From Amoeboradix gromovi X-113 (lineage: Eukaryota > Fungi > Sanchytriomycota), in assembly GCA_018985225.1 (NCBI GenBank), contig JADGIF010000027.1, positions 1,832-33,831 on the forward strand: DNA of 32,000 bases. Reading direction: 5' to 3'. This document shows positions 21,612 to 28,855 of the stretch, piece after piece; position 1 is the first letter of the stretch, and each line of letters starts with the position of its first letter. The notes under the pieces are model-generated. The model saw nothing but the letters and a program-made list of their open reading frames with translations, was not told the origin of the DNA and ran no database searches. Both the position numbers and the translations under genes were made by a program.

Positions 21612-21730
21612 GGTTATGAGTCTTGATTTCCGAGAAAATCGAGAATTTCCACAGAGAAACTAATGCTAGTTTCTCCGTTACAATGATCGCTCACGCTTTC
21701 ACTACCCTGAGGCGGGATTGAATAAGGATG
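21612..21730 (-). ncRNA. Putative Fanzor omegaRNA (guide scaffold) at the element's right end
   Basis: 12-bp hairpin ACGGAGAAACTA-GCAT-TAGTTTCTCTGT (21678-21651) and a second hairpin GATTTT-CTCG-GAAATC (within 21644-21621), directly after RuvC-III, where TnpB/Fanzor omegaRNAs are encoded. Expression is unknown. Confidence 0.5.
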
Positions 21731-22030
21731 CATATACTTGATGTATATGTTCCTTGCAGCCATATGTTCTCTATCTATTTCCAAATGACAATTGGTACAG
21801 GTGCAAGTTTCTAAGTTGGTTTTCTTTAGAGTACCACACCTTGTACATGTCTGACTAGTAAATGATTCATTGCATTCGACCATCGTCGTTCCTCTTTGCT
21901 TACACTTGAACTTCAAGCGTTCCTTGAATGCGTAATGGGACATTGTAGCGATGTTTCTTGCGACCTGGTCAACAAGCTACTTAGCATCCGGCTCGTATTG
22001 AACGAGGGTAAATATATCAGATCATACGTC
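21614..22030 (-). pseudogene. Fanzor/TnpB C-terminal fragment (RuvC-II region, zinc finger, RuvC-III); 5'-deleted and frameshifted
   Basis: YDxIxLPxF and SHYxFKxRL motifs, ExxTSxxCxxCG...CxxC and DRExxAARNI (canonical DRDxNAARNI). Confidence 0.88.
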
Positions 22031-22219
22031 TTTGTATGCTGTGCCTGTTAGTTATTTCTTTAGAATTGACATATTCAGGATTACATCTATTTATTCCATT
22101 TACCGTTTGCGAAAAGGAAGAATATTGAGTGTTTAAGCTATTAGAAAAATCTGGAAAAGTCTTGAAATGATACAAAAATATATACAAATTCGCGATAAAT
22201 GATTTATTCAAGAAAACAG

Positions 22220-22582
22220 TCAAGCTGTTGGAAAATTTGAAGCTCTCGTTTGCATAAACCCTGGCTGGTACATGCGCTGCATAAGAGCTTGCTGATACAT
22301 AAGTGCTTGCTGGCTCATAGGTTGCTGGCTCATAGGCTGCGGGCTCATAGGCTGCGGGCTCATAGGTTGCGGGCTCATAGGTTGCTGGCTCATAGGTTGC
22401 TGGTACATTAATGCTTGCTGGCTCATAGCTTGTTGAGGCGTGAGCTGTTGACCAGCAGTTCCTTGTTGAGCCATAGGTCCTTGTTGAGGCATAAACCCTT
22501 GTTGGGGCATGAATCCCTGTTGAGGCATAAACCCTTGTTGTGGCATTAGAGGTAGCGCTAAGGATATTAAATTTAAAAGCAT
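22220..22582 (-). CDS. Small Gln/Met/Pro-rich repeat protein, possibly secreted
   Basis: Short hydrophobic N-terminus MLLNLISLALPL followed by in-frame MPQQGF and PMS(Q/P)Q repeats. Variation between repeat units is largely synonymous. Confidence 0.65.
   Translation of the reverse strand: MLLNLISLALPLMPQQGFMPQQGFMPQQGFMPQQGPMAQQGTAGQQLTPQQAMSQQALMYQQPMSQQPMSPQPMSPQPMSPQPMSQQPMSQQALMYQQALMQRMYQPGFMQTRASNFPTA
22308..22403. repeat. 15-nt coding tandem repeat (tgcyggctcataggy-like, about 6.4 copies)
   Basis: Units tgctggctcataggt and tgcgggctcataggc read directly from the sequence. Confidence 0.9.
22461..22546. repeat. 18-nt coding tandem repeat (ccttgttgaggcataaac-like, about 4.8 copies)
   Basis: Read directly from the sequence. 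Encodes MPQQGF units on the minus strand. Confidence 0.88.
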
Positions 22583-22874
22583 CAAGTAGTCATCTCTGTT
22601 TCGCTATACTCAAGTACTTTCATAAATTTCACAAATGGTCACAAAATCCTGCCGCAGTTGTACCGAATATTGATACAAGCTTACAACACCCAAGCACCTT
22701 GACATCTGTGAATATCTTTTAACATACAAGTAGGTACTTTTAAAGTGTTTTTAAAATAAATAAGTTTGACAAAACCCGAAACACAAATTTAACATGTCAA
22801 AAATCCATGCAAGCAGGATTACTCTGCAAATCGCAGTTATTTTGATTCCGTTTTAAAAATATATTTATTAAGAG

Positions 22875-25800
22875 TTATGATAAGACAAAGGATGACTTTC
22901 TTGTAGAGTTATTATTTTCTTGCTCATATCTTTCTGTGAGCCTCCTGTAATAGTCTAGTCCTCTCACCCACATATTCTTATCTTCTATAGAATTAGCAAA
23001 GAAATATAAGGTGTTTGCGCTTTGTAGGTTCTTCACATCATGGCAAGTTAAAGACACCATCTTTTGACACTCAGAATGAACTGTAAATCTGCAAGCTACA
23101 TTAGTTACTAATACTGTCACACTGGCTTATCTGTACTGGGTTGCCTGTTATCATTTCCAAGCATAAATCACACGACACCTCTTGCTTCACATAACCTTCT
23201 TTAAAATAATGCCCATTTTCAGGTATTCTAGCTGTGTCTAGTTCTTGTATGGATGCTAGCACATTATCATTGTCCTTCTTCCATTTCTCTAACTCCATCC
23301 TTAAATGAGCTAGTCGCTTAAGCGAATTTTGCAGTTCTTTATTTAAGTCATCGCCAGATTTCTTCCAAAAATTTGCACTAGACATCTTTTTAACACCCTG
23401 AATGAATTGCTCTTCTCTTTCAATTGCCTTTTCTACTTTTTCTACGTATGAATTATGTTGGGTAGTCTTTTCTTCTATTTCAACAGTGGGATCTTTCTCC
23501 AGAATAGATTGAATCTCTAAGTCTATGGAAGAGATCAGGTCTCTACTTTTTTCTAGTTCATGCAACACCTGGGCACGTGCACCCTCTGCTGCAAAATTCA
23601 AGTATTTCTCCGCGCTAAGTTGCATTCGCTCTTCAACGGCCAGCCTTCTTTTTAAAGACAATAACTTTTGTCCGTTGGACAGTTTAGTTGGCGCTAGATT
23701 AGCTATACTGTCTTTTTGTAGCGCCACACTTGGTAATTTCATAAATTGAACTTTGAAACCTAGATCAAAATCTTTAGATGACAGTCCACCCAATTCATGA
23801 ACGCCTATTTGAGATATTACAAATATTTCCGATTTAACGTCTACTTGAATGCTGCCTTTGCCCTCATCATTCAGGTCTTTCTCTCTTTCGTAACCCCAAA
23901 GCTGGAATTCCTTTAAAACTAAAAACTTTTTTCGAAAGCCTTTGCTTATTTTGTCTCCCTTTGGCATATTAACCCATCCTCGTAACATTATTGTATCACC
24001 GTTATTACTTATTGATGCGGATACTGTTAACTTACGTTTCGTTGGTTTGGCAGCCACTGGAGGTTTTACTTCATAACTCGACTTACGGCGACTGGATATA
24101 GCAACATTAGGTGTTAAGTTAGTGGTATCTGCTTTCGATGATGGGTCTCCCATAAGAATAAGTTGACTGAAATCAGCATCAACACTTATATTATCCTTAA
24201 AAGTGTTATCTTTTATGGAAGAGCTTCCATCCTTAGTTATTGAGTCCCTCTCGAGATCTTTTATTCTCTTATTGGCAACTTCCAGTTGTAACGATAATTC
24301 ACGAATTTCACCTCGCTCTCTTTTACCACCACCTGCCTTGTTGCCTTTAATTTCTTTCTCCATGGATTGCAATCTAGCAAATAAACCTTCTTGTTCTGAA
24401 TGCATGGCATCGGCTTTCTTTCTTTCTAAGTCTCTTGAATGTGTAAGCTCAACAACCTTCTTCTCGTTTAATTCATACTCTATCCTTAATTTGGCCAAAT
24501 CCGAAGATTGTTGTTTAAAATCGGCAGATAACTTACTAATCTCACTGTCTTGCAGTCTCACGAATTCATCTTTGGAGGCTACAACTCGCTTAATATCTTC
24601 CAAAGTGTTTTCCAACTCGAAGTTTAAAGTGTCCTGTTCCGCAGCTTTCGCTTTAAGCATTAGTATCTCTTTTTCCTTAGCTCTTAGCCGTTCTTCAAAC
24701 TCGTTTCTAATTTTATTTTCATTTGCAGTTCCATGCTTCAATGAATGAATTTCTTTACTTAATATGGTTTTTTCACTTTTCATCGTCTCTAGAAACTGTA
24801 TCAGCTCGTCTCTCTCTCTTGTGATCTTTTCTAATTTGTCGTTTCCCAAAAAATCTTTCATAGAGAACTCGTTTTGAATCATAAGTGTGTTTTGTCGCTC
24901 CTGATTCAGCAGTGACTCTTTTGCAGCTAATTGTGCTTCTAGATCTGCATTTATTGTTTGCTCACTTTTTAATTTGGCTTCCATCATCTTTAAATCAGCT
25001 TGTAAACTATTTTTAGCCATGTCTGCCTTGCTGAGTAATCTAGACATTGCTGATTCCGAATTGGCATCACCATTCGTTGACTTGCTCTTTAGACCAGATA
25101 TCAAATGCTCATTCATTGAGACTTGTTTTTCCAGCTCGAATTTGGCAGCTGTTAACTTTTCTATTTCGGCTGATTTCTTTTCCAGATGATCTTTTAGGGT
25201 ATTGATTTCTACAGAGTTGGAATGCTGCATACTCTCCATCATGTTAACACGTTGCTCTAGCTCGGCAGTCAATTTGCAGGAATTAAAATATCTCAGATTT
25301 AAATCAGTCAGCTCAAGTAATAGCTTTTCTTTTATCTTGATTTCTTGCTGATAAAGTGTGTTGATCTGCTCCCCGGTATTGTCTTCCTGAGCTCTTTGGA
25401 GTTTCTTTGAAAGTTCATCTAATTCCATATCTCTTTGACGCAAAACAACTTCCAAGTTCTCTAACTGCAATTTCCCGGACTCGAAAGCTCTTGTTGTATC
25501 CCTAGATTTAATTTCCACTTCCTCCTTTTCTAGCTTAAACTGCTTTATTTGTTTCTCGAGCTCAGTAATCTTTGCATGATTCTTATCTAAAAAGGAGACC
25601 ATTTCTTTTAGTTCAGCTTGAGCATCCTTTAAAGCTTTGTCTATTTTGTTTTTATCGGCAGCTAAAACTTGCAATTCTTTGTTGGATTGTTGTTGCTTCT
25701 CAAGTTGTAACTTCATCTGAATCATTTCGTTAGATATCTGCGAATTGACAGTCTTCAAAGAGTTAAGCTCAATGTTCTTCTCATCCATTTCGTTTTTGGA

Positions 25801-27070
25801 CCCATTATTTTGCAGTTCAGCCGCACCTGATGATGTAGGAGTAACATTTAACATGTTTCCGCGATTGAAATAAAATCCGATGAAAGGAAGTTGAAATCCT
25901 ACTTGTGGCTTAGATTTTTGTAAATCCTGACCAAGTATCTCGTCTTCAAAATCAGGAAAGTTGGAAGTGTCATCCTCTGTAGCCAAATTAGGTACAAACG
26001 GTGGCTTCATAACGCGAATGTTTTTAAAGTCTACTTTCCTAAAGAACGGATGTTTCTTTATTTCATCAACACCGTTTTTACCAAGTCTTTTCTCAGCCGG
26101 TAGAAGGAGCTTAAATAGCAAATCCTTCAGTTCACCACTTAAGGTGACATCCTCTGGCCATAAAAGTGAATTTGGGGAGCTCATGATTTTTCCATATGTT
26201 GTAGAAAGATTTTCGGCATAAAATGGGGGATCCCCACAAACTATTTCATATAAAATAGTACCAAAAGACCACCAGTCGCATTCTTTCCCATAAGAGACGT
26301 TTCCATCGGTAGCTTTTAATATTTCAGGGCATATGTAGTCAGGGGTACCAACTGATACCTTGGATCTACATTTATTGTCCGAATCTAATTGTATAGCAGC
26401 CCCAAAATCTGCAAGTTTGATATGGCCGTTCTTTTTGATTAGAATATTATGGGGTTTAAGATCGCGATGAATGAAGTTCATGCTATGCAGCTCTTCAATG
26501 GCTAGCAATATTTCTGCACCATAAAATCGTGCCACATCTTCAATATTCATGGACTGAAATGCGTCATTTTCCAAAAGATTAATTAAATCGCCACCCGGTA
26601 TATACTCCATGACAAGATATAAGTTGGTTGCATCTTGGAAAGCGGACATTAAAGTAGTTATCCACTCACATTCTTTTCCTTTCACCATAACATTTCGCTC
26701 CTCGAAATAAAATACATTCTCTTGACGTAAAACTATTTGCTTGTTAAGAGTTTTTAACGCATACAATTGTTTATCTAGCTTAGATCTAATCAAAGACACA
26801 GTGCCAAACGCTCCTTGAGCTAAAATTTTGATAAATTCATAGTCTTGTAAACCCACACGTAATTCCTGGATTTTTTTGACAGCAGGTCCAACTAAATTAA
26901 CATGAAGTACATTTTTGAACAAACTTTTGCGTGTGGTCGGACTTTATGTGTTGAAAGTCCTCGAATAGTGCTGTCAACGCGTCTACCAATGCTTCCAAAT
27001 GAACTGGGGGATCTTGTAAAGGATTCTCATCATAGATTTGTTTCTTTAGCGTCTCAACTCGATTTTCCAT
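22875..27070 (-). CDS. ROCK/MRCK (DMPK-family) AGC kinase with long coiled coil, split PH, HR1-like repeats and C1; join(complement 26911..27070, 23115..26891, 22875..23095)
   Basis: An extra first exon MENRVETL...LEALVDALTALFEDF...FVQKF resembles the DMPK/ROCK N-terminal helical bundle. Kinase motifs GAFGTV, HRDLKPHN, LADFG, VGTPDYICPE and DDTSNF..FQLPFIGF. The C1 domain is completed only after splicing (CDLC...QCDTCRFTVHSEC). Confidence 0.92.
23096..23114 (-). other. 19-nt intron GTATTAGTAACTAATGTAG (kinase C1 domain)
   Basis: GT..AG with a CTAAT branch motif and an in-frame stop. Removal restores CxxC...HxxC spacing. Confidence 0.92.
26892..26910 (-). other. 19-nt intron GTACTTCATGTTAATTTAG (kinase, first intron)
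   Basis: GT..AG with a TTAAT branch motif. Removal links an ATG-initiated 160-nt exon in frame to the kinase ORF. Confidence 0.9.
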
Positions 27071-27388
27071 GAGTCTAGAGTATGATGCAACGCACTGTGG
27101 CTTGATCTCTAGACTTCAATCAAGAATGTTGAAACTCAATAATTTATGAGGTGCAATTTTTAACGCATTTTGCGCTTGTCTTTAGATTGACTTTGGGTAT
27201 ATATATGTAGGGGTATTTAACTTCGACTATTCAATACAAAATAATTGTTTGGAGATTTTTAGAACGCTATTTTCTAACAGCACAATATTAAAAAACTATA
27301 AACTCTCACTTTATCCCTAGTGTCAATCAATTTCATCCGAGCAGAGCTTAACGCCGTCATCACTTCACTGATATAAAGGAGTTAGGTC

Positions 27389-28228
27389 ATGACTTGGTTT
27401 CGTGAAAAGCAACAGCTATGGAAAGGACAGCAAATGTCACTTGAGATTGAAGAGATGCTATATCAAGGTAAGTCCAAGTATCAGGAAATCGAAATCTTTC
27501 AGTCAACTACATATGGCCGGGTGCTAGTTTTAGACGGAGTAATTCAATGTACTGAAAAGGACGAATGTAGTTATCAGGAAATGCTGGCTCATTTAGCCAT
27601 GCAGGCTCATCCAAATCCTACAAAAATTCTAGTAATTGGGGGTGGCGATGGTGGAATTATCAGAGAAATACTGAAATACAAGCAAGCTACAGATATTCAT
27701 ATTTGCGAGATTGATGCTGTAGTTATTGATAAATGCAAAGAATTTATTCCTTCAATGGCCCATTCTTTTGATGATCCTAAGGTTAATATTCATATTAGAG
27801 ATGGGTTTGAATTTTTAAATGAAAACATTGACGAATTCGATGTGATAGTTACGGACAGTAGTGATCCGGTTGGTCCGGCTGAGAGCCTTTATCAAGCCAC
27901 TTATTTTGATCTTGTTTACCGATCTTTGAAGTCTGATGGGGTGTTCACAATGCAAGGTGAATGTATGTGGCTACATACCAAGCTGATTAAAAAATGCATG
28001 GATGATTTAAGACACAGTCGATTTAAGCAAGTAGAGTACGCATGGACCAGTGTTCCTACTTATCCGTGCGGTACAATTGGGTTCCTTGTTGCGTGTAAAT
28101 CAGGTTTGAGTAACGTTAAAGTACCCCAACAGTCATGCGATGATATGCAATTAAAGTTTTATTCTAGCGAACTCCATACTGCTAGTTTTGTTAAACCAAA
28201 GTTTGTTGAGGAAGCATTAAGACAATAA
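27389..28228 (+). CDS. SPE3: Spermidine synthase
   Basis: WFRE, KSKYQ, LVLDGVIQCTEKDE, LVIGGGDGG, DSSDPVGPA and VPTYPCGTIGF. Confidence 0.97.
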   Translation: MTWFREKQQLWKGQQMSLEIEEMLYQGKSKYQEIEIFQSTTYGRVLVLDGVIQCTEKDECSYQEMLAHLAMQAHPNPTKILVIGGGDGGIIREILKYKQATDIHICEIDAVVIDKCKEFIPSMAHSFDDPKVNIHIRDGFEFLNENIDEFDVIVTDSSDPVGPAESLYQATYFDLVYRSLKSDGVFTMQGECMWLHTKLIKKCMDDLRHSRFKQVEYAWTSVPTYPCGTIGFLVACKSGLSNVKVPQQSCDDMQLKFYSSELHTASFVKPKFVEEALRQ

Positions 28229-28420
28229 AAACTCCATGTTTTTTCAAGCACGCTTTCTGTATTCACTAGACTTATCTTTGTTTAGTTTGCCGATGTTAAT
28301 GATGATCATAGAAGAGTGAAATAATCTGACCAAACATATCATAATCATTTGTCATGTGTTTAAAATATGGCCACTCAAACTCTTTCTTTTTATCATCCGT
28401 TTTTCCCCATTCCATTTTTT

Positions 28421-28801
28421 ATGGAGCATATCCCATTTGTCGCATTTCTTATTGCCTTGATTTTCATTCATTATTATAACATGGAAAACAATAATACTAC
28501 ACCAAAAGTGCTATACACTATGAAATTTGAAGTGTTTGGTAAAGTTCAGGGTGTCTATTTTCGCAAATATACTAAAGATTTTGCAGATTCTCTAAAACTG
28601 AGAGGATTTGTTAAAAACACAGTCAGAAATACGGTTATCGGTGAAGCTCAGGGACCGTTGCCAGATATTAATCAGTTAAAACTATTTCTGGAAAAGCAAG
28701 GTTCACCAATGAGTAAAATTCAGAAATTAAACACTGAAATTGAGATTATAAAGGAGTTTACGTTTACAGACTTTGAACTGATAAGAAAGCGCAAATCATA
28801 G
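28421..28801 (+). CDS. Acylphosphatase, possibly with an N-terminal hydrophobic anchor; start uncertain (28367, 28421 or 28481)
   Basis: FEVFGKVQGVYFRK, LRGFVKN, GEAQG and GSPMSKI signature motifs. Confidence 0.9.
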   Translation: MEHIPFVAFLIALIFIHYYNMENNNTTPKVLYTMKFEVFGKVQGVYFRKYTKDFADSLKLRGFVKNTVRNTVIGEAQGPLPDINQLKLFLEKQGSPMSKIQKLNTEIEIIKEFTFTDFELIRKRKS

Positions 28802-28855
28802 CTCGGTCAAAATAAATCTAGATTGAAATAAAAAGATAACTTTGTTTTCAAGTAT

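Larger units (their letters stand above)
21610..22228 (-). mobile_element. Non-autonomous IS607/Fanzor2-type element, copy 1: left end, tnpA 5' stub, 3' part of Fanzor and structured right end
   Basis: The 196-nt left segment (22228-22033) is repeated at 31732-31927. It is followed by TYDLIYLPSFNTSRML, a frameshift, then ARNIATMSHYAFKERLKFKC...ECNESFTSQTCTRCG...CTNCHLEIDREHMAARNI and two hairpins. The right boundary is approximate. Confidence 0.85.

Noticed and set aside
21614-21943. The 109-aa ORF as a functional stand-alone nuclease or zinc-finger gene
   Set aside because: It is the frameshifted 3' remnant of a Fanzor, lacking RuvC-I and with an altered RuvC-III.
22308-22546. Short repeats near a TnpB-like gene as a CRISPR array
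   Set aside because: The repeats are head-to-tail with no unique spacers, have unit lengths that are multiples of 3, and encode a Gln-rich peptide.
11390-26922. Split ORFs as pseudogenes, programmed frameshifts or an alternative genetic code
   Set aside because: All breaks are explained by 19-nt GT-AG introns. TAA, TAG and TGA end ORFs at plausible positions, so there is no sign of stop-codon reassignment.
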